Shown here piece after piece: positions 18,532-28,097 of a stretch of DNA of 64,000 nucleotides. The translations under genes were made by a program, and so were the position numbers. The notes below the pieces were generated by a model, which worked only from the letters and a program-made list of their open reading frames with translations, did not search any database and was not told where the DNA came from. The DNA is from Hyalangium minutum (GTDB lineage: Bacteria; Myxococcota; Myxococcia; Myxococcales; Myxococcaceae): the NCBI RefSeq assembly GCF_000737315.1, contig NZ_JMCB01000006.1, positions 248,001 to 312,000 on the forward strand. Reading direction: 5' to 3'. Numbering within the stretch: position 1 is the stretch's first letter; every line of letters begins with the position of its first letter.

Positions 18532-19032
18532 TCAGGCACTCTCTGTGAGGCTCTGGAGGGACCGCGCGTTCATAGGAGCGAAGAAGGGCTGGCGCAGCAG
18601 CCGGGACACCGAGCGCTTGTCCACGCACAGCAACTGGAGCGAGTCCGCCCACTCGCCGAGCACGGCGATGGCGCGCACGTCCGGCGCCTCGCGGTAGAGA
18701 TCATTCAGGTTGTGCACCAGCGCGCTCAGGTCCTCCACCTCCCAGCGCTCGGTGAGTTCGCCCACCAGCACGTGCAGTTCCAGCGTGCCGCGCTCGCGGA
18801 CATCCACGAGCTTGAAGCTCCGGGCCGCGCCGCCCATGGCCAGCGTGAGTGGACCGACGAGCTCATCCGGGCGGACGCCCAACGCCACCGAGAGGCCTCC
18901 GTGAAGCAGGCCCGCGTCACACAGGCGCAGGAGCGCCACGTGCGGAGGCTCGCCTGGGACGATGACCTCGGCGGCGGCCGAGCGGTCCTTCAAGAGGCGC
19001 TCTCGGGCGAGTGTGTCGATCTGGGAGGCCAT
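18532..19032 (-). CDS. Hypothetical protein (166 aa)
   Basis: ORF from MASQIDTLARERLL with typical GC-rich codon bias. Confidence 0.65.
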   Translation of the reverse strand: MASQIDTLARERLLKDRSAAAEVIVPGEPPHVALLRLCDAGLLHGGLSVALGVRPDELVGPLTLAMGGAARSFKLVDVRERGTLELHVLVGELTERWEVEDLSALVHNLNDLYREAPDVRAIAVLGEWADSLQLLCVDKRSVSRLLRQPFFAPMNARSLQSLTESA

Positions 19033-19210
19033 GGCACGCACCCTACCGCTCTCGCGCTCACAAGGGGGGCGCGACGAGCGTAGGAGCCTCCAGCAGCCGA
19101 CACACCCTGGCGGCGCAGGGCTCCGTGCTGCTCCAGGAATCCACCTCGGGGGTTCATCTCGACAGTTCATCGAGTCGAGTCGAGAATCCCTCCCAAGGAG
19201 CACTGAGGAC

Positions 19211-20512
19211 ATGGTGAAGCGGAGAGATGGCCGTTCTCAATCTCGATTCAGCGATCGACATGAGGATCTGCTGACAGCCGCCGAAGCGGCGGAGCTGCTG
19301 GGGGTGAAGCGGGCAACGCTCTACACCTATGTGAGCCGTGGGCTCGTGCGCTGTGTCCCCGAAGCGGGCACCAAGGAGAACCGCTACGTCCGCATGGACC
19401 TGGAGCGGCTGAAGACCCGGCATGATGCACGGGCGGGCCATGCGGCAGTGGCCTCGGCAGCCCTGCGCTGGGGTGAGCCGGTGATCGACTCCTCCATCTC
19501 CCGCATCAGCCCGGAGGGGCTGGAGTACCGCAAGCACCTGGCGGTGGAGCTGGCGGTGCAGGGATGTTCCTTCGAGCAGGTGGCGGAGCTGCTGTGGACG
19601 GGTGAGCTGCCCTCCGCACCCGTCCGCTGGCCCGCGCTGGAGCTGCCCTTCCCCCCTTCTTCGATCTTGGGGCTGCTGCCACGGGACGCTCCACCCCTCA
19701 CGGCCTTGTCAGCCCTGGTGCCACTGCTGGGAGCTTCGGACGCGGCGCGCTTCGCCTCACCCCCCGAGCAGGAGCGGCTGCGAGCCCGGCGTCTCTTGCG
19801 CCATCTGGGAGCCTGGGTGGGCGGAGTCCGAGGCGCCTCGCGAGTCGCCCAGGCGTTGAAGGAAGACACTGTGGCGGCCTCTCTGGCACGCGCGTGGGGC
19901 GTGGAGGTGAAGAAGGCAGCGGGGCCGCTGGACCGGGCGCTGGTGCTGTGCGCGGACCACGAGCTGAACGTGTCGGCCTTCACGGCGCGCGTGGTGGCCT
20001 CCTCGGGCGCGGACCTGTACGCATGCGTGGGCGCGGCGCTGGCGGCATTGTCAGGCCCACGGCATGGAGGCTCCTGCGATCGCATCGAGGCGCTGATGCA
20101 GGAGGCCGGCCACCCCGAGCGCGCTGCCACGGTGGTGCGCGAGCGGCTGCGCCGAGGCGAGTCCGTGCCGGGCTTTGGCCACCCGCTCTATCCGAAGGGT
20201 GATCCCCGCACGCCTCCCCTGTTGGAGGCAGCCTGGGCTGTGCGTCCGGAGCCTGCGGCGGTGCGGGTGGTGCGAGCCGTCGCCGAGGCCATGGGCGAGG
20301 CCGGGCACCCTCTGCCCACCATCGACTTCGGGCTGGTGGCGCTGTCCGCGGCACTGGGGCTGCCACCGGGAGCAGCGGCCGCAGTGTTCGCAGTGGGACG
20401 CGGCGCGGGCTGGGTGGCCCACGTCCTGGAGCAGCGTGAGCAGGGCCACCTCCTGCGCCCCCGCGCGAGGTACGTGGAGCCTCCTCCCCGAGGTGTCGCA
20501 CCCGAGCCGTAG
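19211..20512 (+). CDS. HTH (excisionase/MerR-like) - citrate synthase family fusion protein
   Basis: LLTAAEAAELLGVKRATLYTYVSRG is the HTH. DHELN, GPRHGG, GFGHPLY and IDF are citrate synthase motifs. RBS AGGA before ATG 19211. Confidence 0.88.
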   Translation: MVKRRDGRSQSRFSDRHEDLLTAAEAAELLGVKRATLYTYVSRGLVRCVPEAGTKENRYVRMDLERLKTRHDARAGHAAVASAALRWGEPVIDSSISRISPEGLEYRKHLAVELAVQGCSFEQVAELLWTGELPSAPVRWPALELPFPPSSILGLLPRDAPPLTALSALVPLLGASDAARFASPPEQERLRARRLLRHLGAWVGGVRGASRVAQALKEDTVAASLARAWGVEVKKAAGPLDRALVLCADHELNVSAFTARVVASSGADLYACVGAALAALSGPRHGGSCDRIEALMQEAGHPERAATVVRERLRRGESVPGFGHPLYPKGDPRTPPLLEAAWAVRPEPAAVRVVRAVAEAMGEAGHPLPTIDFGLVALSAALGLPPGAAAAVFAVGRGAGWVAHVLEQREQGHLLRPRARYVEPPPRGVAPEP

Positions 20513-20646
20513 CGCTCACGGCCTCACGCAGCGAGCGTTCACGGATGGTCACGAAGCGGCGGACATCGAGCGGTGGCGGACACTCGCGGGCAGCGTTAAA
20601 CGGCGCTCCCTCCCCTCTTGGTGCCCTGACAGGAAGATTCGCCTCC

Positions 20647-21411
20647 ATGTTCCGCGTCCCTCGTCTGAACTCCCTCCCGTTGGTGCTGGTGCTGCTGGGC
20701 GCTCCGCTCGCCTGCTTGGACACGATCGAGCCAGGCGAGGGCGTGGAGCCCCTCCCCGAGAATGACAGTGGCCGCCGCGACCTGACCTTCGCGTTCGACC
20801 CTGATCAGTCCAACTGGACCGGGGGCTATTCAGACTTCGCGGCCGGCCAGGACCCGCAGAACATCCACTTCATCCTCCGGCGAGACACGACCCCCGTGGG
20901 GACGGACCGGCAGAGCGGCGCGATGTTCGTCTCGAGCACGAACGTGAGCGATGACCTGTTCACGTTCATCACGCAGCAGGTGAGCCGGCTGAAGCCGAAC
21001 ACGCCCTACGCGCTCACCTTCGAGGTGGAGCTGGCCAGCAACGCCCCTCGCCGCTGCCCGAGCGTGAACGGCTCACCGGGCGAGGACGTGTTCCTCAAGG
21101 TGGGCGCCTCGCTCGTGCAGCCCGCTGCCGTGACGGACACGAACACGCAGCAGGTCCGCCTCAACGTGGACAAGGGCAACCAGTCGGTGGGCGGCGAGAA
21201 CGCGCAGACCCTGGGGGACATCGCCACCGACTCGGAGCAGTGCTTCAACACACCGTATCGGATCATCACCCGCGACAACGTGGGCAACCCGCTCCGCATC
21301 ACCACGGACGCCAATGGCCGGCTGTGGCTGTTCGTGGGCACGGACTCGGAATACTTCGGAACCACCGAGCTCTACTACGACGTCATCCACGTGGTGCTGG
21401 AGCCCTCCTGA
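20647..21411 (+). CDS. Putative lipoprotein of unknown function (paralog 1)
   Basis: Lipobox PLAC. Shares SDDLF, VDKGNQ and LWLFVGTDS with the next gene. Confidence 0.75.
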   Translation: MFRVPRLNSLPLVLVLLGAPLACLDTIEPGEGVEPLPENDSGRRDLTFAFDPDQSNWTGGYSDFAAGQDPQNIHFILRRDTTPVGTDRQSGAMFVSSTNVSDDLFTFITQQVSRLKPNTPYALTFEVELASNAPRRCPSVNGSPGEDVFLKVGASLVQPAAVTDTNTQQVRLNVDKGNQSVGGENAQTLGDIATDSEQCFNTPYRIITRDNVGNPLRITTDANGRLWLFVGTDSEYFGTTELYYDVIHVVLEPS

Positions 21412-21423
21412 ATTCGAGCGGGC

Positions 21424-22215
21424 TTGGCCCGTCCAAGGAGACGAAATCGGGCTCGCCCGCTCTGGAGGATTCTCTTGGCTGCTCTCTCCCTCCGCTCCCT
21501 CATGCTCGCCAGCTTGCTCCTGGGCCTGTCGTCCGGCTGCTCGGGTGCGCTCGACGAGCCAGACGATGGCACCGGCCGCCGCGACCTGCTCTTCACCTTC
21601 GACTCGGGCACGCAGGACTGGACCGGCAACTTCACGGACCTCGCGTCGAGCCAGGTCAATGACGTTGGCTTCCTGGTCGAGCGCAGAGCGCTCCCCACCG
21701 AGACCGGCCTCCCAGGCGGCGCGCTCTTCGTCTCGGGGAGGAACCCGAGCGATGACCTGTTCATGTTCATCACCACCCCCGTCACGGGGCTGCTCCCGAG
21801 CACCCCCTACGCCGTCACCTTCGAGCTGGAGCTGGTCAGCAACGGGCCCACGGGCTGCGTGGGCGTGGGCGGCTCGCCGGGTGAGAGCGTCTTCGTGAAG
21901 GCCGGCGCGGCCCCGGTCCAGCCGGACCGGGTCCTGGACTCCCGCGGCCACTACGCGCTCAACGTGGACAAGGGAAACCAGGCGAGCGAGGGAGCCAACG
22001 CCGTCATGGTGGGAGACATCGCCAACGGCTCGACGGACTGCACGAACCCGCCCTACCGCCCCATCACCCGCGACAACCGGAGCCGACCGCTCCGCGTCAC
22101 CAGCGACGCCCAGGGAACACTCTGGCTGTTCGTGGGCACGGACTCTGGTTACGAGAGCACGACCTCGCTCTATTACGACACGATTCGCGTCGTCCTCGAG
22201 CCCGCCGCGCAATAG
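21424..22215 (+). CDS. Putative lipoprotein of unknown function (paralog 2)
   Basis: Lipobox SSGC and the same motifs as paralog 1. Start uncertain (TTG 21424 or ATG 21502). Confidence 0.75.
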   Translation: MARPRRRNRARPLWRILLAALSLRSLMLASLLLGLSSGCSGALDEPDDGTGRRDLLFTFDSGTQDWTGNFTDLASSQVNDVGFLVERRALPTETGLPGGALFVSGRNPSDDLFMFITTPVTGLLPSTPYAVTFELELVSNGPTGCVGVGGSPGESVFVKAGAAPVQPDRVLDSRGHYALNVDKGNQASEGANAVMVGDIANGSTDCTNPPYRPITRDNRSRPLRVTSDAQGTLWLFVGTDSGYESTTSLYYDTIRVVLEPAAQ

Positions 22216-22224
22216 GGTGGGGCC

Positions 22225-22521
22225 ATGGAAGAGAGGCGCTTTTACCCCCCCTGGCTGCTCATCTTGCGGATGCTCGGCACCGCGGCCCTGCTCGGCGCGG
22301 TGGTGACCCTGGCGCGAAAGAGCGTGGGCCCACCGTGGCTCGGGTTCGCGCTCATCGGCGCGTTCTTCATCCTGCGGCTGGTGGCCGAGTGGACGCTCGC
22401 GGTGCGCTTCCCGGATCCCGAGGGGCGGCACAAGCGCTCCGCCATCCTCAACACCTTCATCACCATCGCCGTCACCGCGTTCTGGTTCTACCTCCAGAAG
22501 CGCGGCATCCGGCTGGGGTGA
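22225..22521 (+). CDS. Small membrane protein (3 TM)
   Basis: 98-aa hydrophobic ORF directly after the lipoproteins. Confidence 0.65.
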   Translation: MEERRFYPPWLLILRMLGTAALLGAVVTLARKSVGPPWLGFALIGAFFILRLVAEWTLAVRFPDPEGRHKRSAILNTFITIAVTAFWFYLQKRGIRLG

Positions 22522-22527
22522 GCGGCG

Positions 22528-23637
22528 CTACACGTTGAAGCGGAAGTGCATGCAGTCGCCGTCCTGGACGACGTACTCCTTGCCTTCCACGCGCAGCAGG
22601 CCCTTCTCCTTCACGGCCGCCTCGCTGCCGAGCTTGATCAGGTCCTCGTAGCGCATCACCTCGGCCTTGATGAAGCCGCGCTCGAAGTCCGTGTGGATGA
22701 CGCCCGCGGCCTGCGGGGCCTTGAAGCCCTTGTGAATCGTCCAGGCCCGGCACTCCTGCTCGCCCACCGTGAAGTACGTCCACAGGCCCAAGAGCTTGTA
22801 GCCCGCGCGCACCACCCGGTGCAGACCCGGCTCCTTCAGCCCGGCGCTCTCCAGGAAGCCCGAACGCTCCTCCTCGGGCAGCTGCTGGATCTCCGCCTCC
22901 ATGGCCGCGGCCAGCACCACCACCTCCGCGCCCTCCTTCGCCGCCATCTCCTTCACCGCGCGCACGTGCGGCGACTCATCTTCCTTGCCGATCTGGTTCT
23001 CGGCGATGTTCGCCACGTACAGCACCGGCTTGTCCGTCAGCAGGAACAGCTCGCGGATGGCCGCGTGCTCCTCCTCGTTGAGCTTCTGCCCGCGAACGGT
23101 GATGGCGTTGTCCAGCCCGGCCTTGATCTTGTCCAGCAGCGCCAGCTCCGCCTTGGCCTCATCACCGGCCTTGCCGCCCATCTTCGCGTTGCGCTGGGCG
23201 CGCTCGCGGCGCTTCTCCACCGTCTCCAGGTCCTTGAGGCACAGCTCCGTGTCCACCACGTCCCGGTCCCGCACCGGGCTCACGCCGCCTTCCACGTGGG
23301 TGACGTTCTCGTCCTCGAAGCAGCGCAGCACGTGCAGCACCGCGTCCACCTGGCGGATGTTGGCCAGGAACTGGTTGCCCAGGCCCTCGCCCTTGGAGGC
23401 GCCGCGCACCAGGCCGGCGATGTCCACGAACTCCAGCGAGGTGGGCACCTTCTTCAGCGGCTTGATGAGGGCCGACAGCTTGTCCAGCCGCTCGTCCGGC
23501 ACGGGGACCACGCCCACGTTCGGCTCGATGGTGCAGAACGGGTAGTTGGCCGCCTGCGCGCCGGCGGCGGACAGGGCGTTGAAGAGGGTGGACTTGCCCA
23601 CGTTGGGCAGCCCGACGATACCAATGGAGAGACCCAT
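22528..23637 (-). CDS. ychF: Redox-regulated ATPase YchF
   Basis: GIVGLPNVGKSTLFNAL, NYPFCTIEPN, DIAGLV, IHTDFERGFIKAEV, YVVQDGD. Confidence 0.97.
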   Translation of the reverse strand: MGLSIGIVGLPNVGKSTLFNALSAAGAQAANYPFCTIEPNVGVVPVPDERLDKLSALIKPLKKVPTSLEFVDIAGLVRGASKGEGLGNQFLANIRQVDAVLHVLRCFEDENVTHVEGGVSPVRDRDVVDTELCLKDLETVEKRRERAQRNAKMGGKAGDEAKAELALLDKIKAGLDNAITVRGQKLNEEEHAAIRELFLLTDKPVLYVANIAENQIGKEDESPHVRAVKEMAAKEGAEVVVLAAAMEAEIQQLPEEERSGFLESAGLKEPGLHRVVRAGYKLLGLWTYFTVGEQECRAWTIHKGFKAPQAAGVIHTDFERGFIKAEVMRYEDLIKLGSEAAVKEKGLLRVEGKEYVVQDGDCMHFRFNV

Positions 23638-23688
23638 GACGGTTCCTTGGAACAGCGCGGGCGGCGGGCCGCTTCCCGGCGAGCCGGA

Positions 23689-24234
23689 CTAGGCGCGCGT
23701 GGAGGGGTTGCTGGCGGGCGCCGGCAGGCCCTTGACGAACTGCTCGGCCAGCGCGCGGTGCTTGGCGTCATCCATCCGCTCGGAGATGAGCTTGCCCGCC
23801 ACCTCCATGGCCAGGTCCACCGCCATGGAGCGGACCTCGGCAATCGCCTTGGCCTTCTGGTCCTCAATCTCGCGGCGAGCCTGGGCCTTGAACTCCTCGG
23901 CCTCCTTGCGGCTCTTGGCCATCAGCTCCTCGCGGTACTTCTCCACGTCCTGCTGGTTCTTGCGCATCATCTCCGCGGCCTCACGGCGGGCCTCGGCGAT
24001 GGCCGTCTTCTGGTCCGCCAGGAGCTTCTCGGCCTCGGCGCGCTCCTTCTTGGCGCTCTCGATGGCGTTGGCGATCTGCTTCTCGCGCTCCTCGACCAGG
24101 GAGAGGATGGGGCCCCAGGCCTTCCAGCGCAGCACGAAGAACACGAGGGCGAAGGTGATGAGGGTCCAGAAGATGAGGCCCGGGCGGACCTCCAGGAAGC
24201 TGGCGGCGAGGAGGAGGGTGTTCATCGGGTTCAT
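23689..24234 (-). CDS. atpF: F0F1 ATP synthase subunit b
   Basis: N-terminal TM (PGLIFWTLITF...AWGPI) followed by a long coiled coil, in the atp operon. Confidence 0.93.
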   Translation of the reverse strand: MNPMNTLLLAASFLEVRPGLIFWTLITFALVFFVLRWKAWGPILSLVEEREKQIANAIESAKKERAEAEKLLADQKTAIAEARREAAEMMRKNQQDVEKYREELMAKSRKEAEEFKAQARREIEDQKAKAIAEVRSMAVDLAMEVAGKLISERMDDAKHRALAEQFVKGLPAPASNPSTRA

Positions 24235-24369
24235 CCTTCGCGAGAAGGAAAGGAGGGGACTGCGAGAGGACTGCTGACTTCAACCTGCTGAAGGCCGAGG
24301 CTCCCGAAGCGGAGCGGGCCTGAGGCACGGCGCCCGCGGGGTGCGAGCGCCGGCCGGGGAGAATCCTGC

Positions 24370-24600
24370 TTAGGTCTTGGTGGCCAGCAGGATGCAGATC
24401 ACCAGCGCGAACAGCGTGGCGCCTTCGATGAGGGCCGCGGCGATGATCATGGAGGTGCGGATGTCGCCACCGGCGGCGGGCTGACGGCCCGTGGCCTCCA
24501 TGGCGGCGGCGGCGAGCTTACCGATGCCGAGGGCGGCGCCGATGATGGAGAGGCCAGCGCCGATACCGGCGGCCAGGAACGCGAGAGCAAGGTTGGTCAT
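24370..24600 (-). CDS. atpE: F0F1 ATP synthase subunit c
   Basis: GIGAGL..., RQP loop, AALIEG with the conserved Glu. Confidence 0.96.
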   Translation of the reverse strand: MTNLALAFLAAGIGAGLSIIGAALGIGKLAAAAMEATGRQPAAGGDIRTSMIIAAALIEGATLFALVICILLATKT

Positions 24601-24742
24601 GGAAGCACTTCTTCTTTCGTGAGGTAGGACCCTCTTAGTGGGGGGGTCGTGATTCCCTTTTGGACTACCTCCGGCGGCCTTTCGAACCGCCGGGTTCTGA
24701 CCGGGGCCCCGTGGCTACCGGGTGCCCCGCTAACTGGGGTGA

Positions 24743-25807
24743 CTAGCCGTGAGCGCGGCCGTGGTCGTGGTTGTGAGCGCCCTCGGGGTGCTCTTCGCCG
24801 TGCGCGTGGTCATGCTGGTGGCCCTGCGCCACGCCCATGCCGATGAAGAGGGCCGAGAGCATGGTGAACACGTAGGCCTGCACGAAGGCGACGAAGAGCT
24901 CCAGGAAGTAGATGCCCATGGCGAAGGGCACGGCCACCAGGCCCACCGCCGCGCTGCCCATCAGGAAGATGAGGCCCAGCAGGAAGAAGATGACGATGTG
25001 GCCCGCCAGCATGTTGGCGAAGAGACGCATCGTGAGGGCGAAGGGCTTGGTGAACAGGCCCAGGATTTCCACCGGAATCATGATGGGCCACAGCCACCAG
25101 GCCACGCCGCCCGTCAGGTGGGCCAGGTACCCGCCAATGCCCGCCGCGCGGATGGCGGCCGCCTGGGTGACGATGAAGGTGAGCAGGGCCAGGGCGCAGG
25201 TGACGGCGATGTTGCCCGTGGCCGTCGCCATCCAGGGGAACAGGCCCAGCAGGTTCATGAAGAGGATGAAGAAGAACGCCGTGAGCAGGTAGGGCACGTA
25301 GCGCGGGCCCTCCTTCTCACCAATGTTCTTGATGGCCAGCTCGTCCCGGACGAACACCACCAGCATCTCGAAGAGGTTGGCGCCCGCCCCGCGCGGCACC
25401 AGCTTGGTCTTGTCGCGGTTGCTCCAGATGAGGATGGAGCCCACCAGCAGCGCCGCCGACAGGAACATCATCAACGTGTGCTTGGTGATGGAGAGGTCCA
25501 GGCAGCCCTGGCTCAGGCCCGGGTGCGCCGCTCCATGGCCCTCGGAGGGCACATCGCCGTGCTCGGCGCCCGGCACCGTGCAGGCCCCCTCCTTCAGGGG
25601 GATGAGGATCTGCGGCAGGTGGATGACCTTGTGGTGATCGCTCAGGGGGATTTCGAACTCGTACTCGGGCGAGTCCGACACGTGGTGGAGGATGTACTCC
25701 GCCACGTTCGGCTTCTCGTGCTCCGCGCCGCCCTCGGCAGGCTCCGCCCCGGAGGCGAACACCGCGCCCGCGAACAGACTGGCGATCAGGACCATTGCCT
25801 TGCGCAT
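24743..25807 (-). CDS. atpB: F0F1 ATP synthase subunit a, with an N-terminal extension
   Basis: [29 protein letters not shown]. Start at MRKAMVL. Confidence 0.95.
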   Translation of the reverse strand: MRKAMVLIASLFAGAVFASGAEPAEGGAEHEKPNVAEYILHHVSDSPEYEFEIPLSDHHKVIHLPQILIPLKEGACTVPGAEHGDVPSEGHGAAHPGLSQGCLDLSITKHTLMMFLSAALLVGSILIWSNRDKTKLVPRGAGANLFEMLVVFVRDELAIKNIGEKEGPRYVPYLLTAFFFILFMNLLGLFPWMATATGNIAVTCALALLTFIVTQAAAIRAAGIGGYLAHLTGGVAWWLWPIMIPVEILGLFTKPFALTMRLFANMLAGHIVIFFLLGLIFLMGSAAVGLVAVPFAMGIYFLELFVAFVQAYVFTMLSALFIGMGVAQGHQHDHAHGEEHPEGAHNHDHGRAHG

Positions 25808-26205
25808 CACTTGTCTCCGCCCGCCGCATCCTTGGACGCGGCGATCAGGTAACTGAACTCCACCACCTGCAGCACCAGGTAGACGCCGAAGAATCCGGCG
25901 ACGAACCCCCACGGCCCCATTCCCCGCGACACCATCGCGTACAGCCCCGCCGCCACCGCCACCGCCCGGAGCGCGAACACCAGGCCCACCACCTTCAACG
26001 CCGCCGAGAGGCTGCGTTGCACCGCCCGCCGCTTGAACACCAGGGACACCGCCCCGGTCACCGACGCCAACACCGTGCCCACCAGCGCTGGCCACCGGTT
26101 CTCCGGCGTCTGCGGCAGCGCCGCCGCCAGCGCGATTCCCACCACCGCCACCCCTACCGCCACCGCCGCGTGGTTCTGGAAGGTCTCCCCAGCCCCGTCC
26201 TTCAC
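25807..26205 (-). CDS. ATP synthase protein I-like membrane protein
   Basis: 4-TM ORF coupled to atpB (TGATG overlap) and to the upstream gene (GTGA overlap). Confidence 0.75.
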   Translation of the reverse strand: MKDGAGETFQNHAAVAVGVAVVGIALAAALPQTPENRWPALVGTVLASVTGAVSLVFKRRAVQRSLSAALKVVGLVFALRAVAVAAGLYAMVSRGMGPWGFVAGFFGVYLVLQVVEFSYLIAASKDAAGGDK

Positions 26206-26471
26206 TTCTTCTTCCCCAGCCGGTTCATCTCACGGAGGAACCCATAGAAGCCCACCGAGATCCCCACCACGCTCAACACCACCAGCAGCCAGGGCTTCGT
26301 CCCCAGCCACCGGTCCAGCAACAGCCCGCCCAGCACGCCCACCACCGCCCCGCCCACCATCTTCCAGACCGCGGAGATGTAGGGCATCGCCTCCTGCATC
26401 TGCCGGGCGGTCGAGCCCAGTTCCTGGTCCCTCTGGCCCTTCTGACCCGGCTTCCGGGGCTCCTCTGCCAT
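26202..26471 (-). CDS. AtpZ/AtpI family protein
   Basis: [17 protein letters not shown] motif, first gene of the atp F0 operon. Confidence 0.85.
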   Translation of the reverse strand: MAEEPRKPGQKGQRDQELGSTARQMQEAMPYISAVWKMVGGAVVGVLGGLLLDRWLGTKPWLLVVLSVVGISVGFYGFLREMNRLGKKK

Positions 26472-26624
26472 CGGCCGCCTCACCAACTCCCGGGAAAACC
26501 TCAGGTTTCCACCCCCACGCCCCGCCCACCGATCCACGCGCGCGCGCCGCTTAGCACTGAAGGCGCGGCGTGTGCAATCGCTACCGCTCGGTAGGGGCCA
26601 AACCGGCACCAGCCAGGGTTGGGG

Positions 26625-28043
26625 CTACTGGAAGCCCAGCTTGATGAAGTTGACGTCAAACGAAACGTTCGGGGTGCCCGCATCGCTGGGCTCGATGAGG
26701 ATCTCCACCCGCTTGACGTGCCGCAGGTCCAAGGCATTGCTGCGCTCGATCCACCCCCCCGCGCTACCCCGGCCGATGGGGAGCACGGTGTTCACCTCGA
26801 CGCCGGCATAGGGAAGCAGGGGGTTGGTGCCCCCATCCATGGCCGGCACGTAGCGGGCAAATCCGCTCTCACTGCACAGGATGATCACCGGCTGGCGGTG
26901 GGGAGACCAGGGAGGGTTCCCGTTGCCGGCCATGCGGTGATCGAACCGGACGGCCAGGTTGTTGTTGGCGCGCGTCAGGTCCCAGGTGCCGGGCGCCTCG
27001 AACCAGGCCGCATGCGAGGTGGGGCGCGAGCCGCTCCACACATTGCTGGCGGAGAAGGACTCAGGCAGGCCCCCATCCCAGAACCGGAGGCAGCTGGGGT
27101 TCAGGCCGCTGAAGTTGGCGCGGGTGTCCACCGCGCCGCGAGCGCCCGTGGAGGCCAGCAGCAGCAGATCCGCGGGGCCGCCACAGTCCGGGCGCTCATC
27201 CACCCCGCTCCTGCAGTTGTTGTCCACGCCGTCGCACACGTCCAACGCGTCCGGGTTGTTCAGGGCGTTGAGGTCGTCACAGTCGGCGGAGTTGGCGACA
27301 TAGCCAGGGGGTTGCACGCACGCCTGCTGCCTCATGTCCTGGCGGCCGAAGCCGTCACCGTCCGCGTCGCGGTACCACGTCTCCGTGACTCCCTCGTCGG
27401 CGTAGCTGTCGCAGTCGTCGTCGGCGTTGTTGCACTCTTCCGGAGCTCCTGGATAGACGCGAGGGTTGAGCGGCTGGCAGTCGTCCGGAGCGGCCACGTA
27501 GCCCGCGGAGGGCCTGCACAGGATGCGCGGCTGGGCCGTGTCGCCATAGCCGTCATTGTCCTCGTCGCGGTAGTAGACGCCTCCGTCGAAGCCCTCGTCG
27601 AACTGGCCATCGCAGTCGTTGTCGAGGCCATCGCACTGCTCGGGCGCGCCGGGGAAGAAGAGGCTGCCACCGGCCGCGGGGTTGTCGTTGCAGTCGTCCG
27701 AGTTGGTGACGACGCGGATGGACTCGGGCAGAGCGCAGCGGAGGGTGGGCTGGGTGAGGTTGCCGTAGCCGTCCTCGTCCTCATCCCGGAAGTAGCGGGT
27801 GGCGGTGCCACCGTCGGCACAGGTACCGCCATCCAGCACCCGGGCGAGGCAGAGCGGAGTGCCCCGCTCGGAGCAGCAGACGCCGTCATCACAGACGAGG
27901 CCGCCCTCCCCACACTCGGAGTCATCCGAGCAGCGGTAGTAGCCGTCCTGCCGAGGCGCCTCATAGCAGGCGCCCGCGAGCGCGAGGCTCACGCCGAGGA
28001 CGAAGAGCGCGAAGCGGGCAAGGCGTTGCGGAGAGGTGGACAT
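26625..28043 (-). CDS. Cys/Asp-rich secreted lipoprotein with putative metal-binding (MopE-like) repeats
   Basis: Lipobox LAGAC. Repeated Y.D.D.DGYG...DC.D...PGA.E.C.G.DNDCD units. Confidence 0.85.
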   Translation of the reverse strand: MSTSPQRLARFALFVLGVSLALAGACYEAPRQDGYYRCSDDSECGEGGLVCDDGVCCSERGTPLCLARVLDGGTCADGGTATRYFRDEDEDGYGNLTQPTLRCALPESIRVVTNSDDCNDNPAAGGSLFFPGAPEQCDGLDNDCDGQFDEGFDGGVYYRDEDNDGYGDTAQPRILCRPSAGYVAAPDDCQPLNPRVYPGAPEECNNADDDCDSYADEGVTETWYRDADGDGFGRQDMRQQACVQPPGYVANSADCDDLNALNNPDALDVCDGVDNNCRSGVDERPDCGGPADLLLLASTGARGAVDTRANFSGLNPSCLRFWDGGLPESFSASNVWSGSRPTSHAAWFEAPGTWDLTRANNNLAVRFDHRMAGNGNPPWSPHRQPVIILCSESGFARYVPAMDGGTNPLLPYAGVEVNTVLPIGRGSAGGWIERSNALDLRHVKRVEILIEPSDAGTPNVSFDVNFIKLGFQ

Positions 28044-28097
28044 GGGCGCCGGAGACTCCTGTGGGGGCGCCCATGGTACCCGACTTGAGGTGTCCCC

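Noticed and set aside
22546-24291. 581-aa plus-strand ORF over ychF/atpF
   Set aside because: Antisense shadow of clearly identifiable housekeeping genes.
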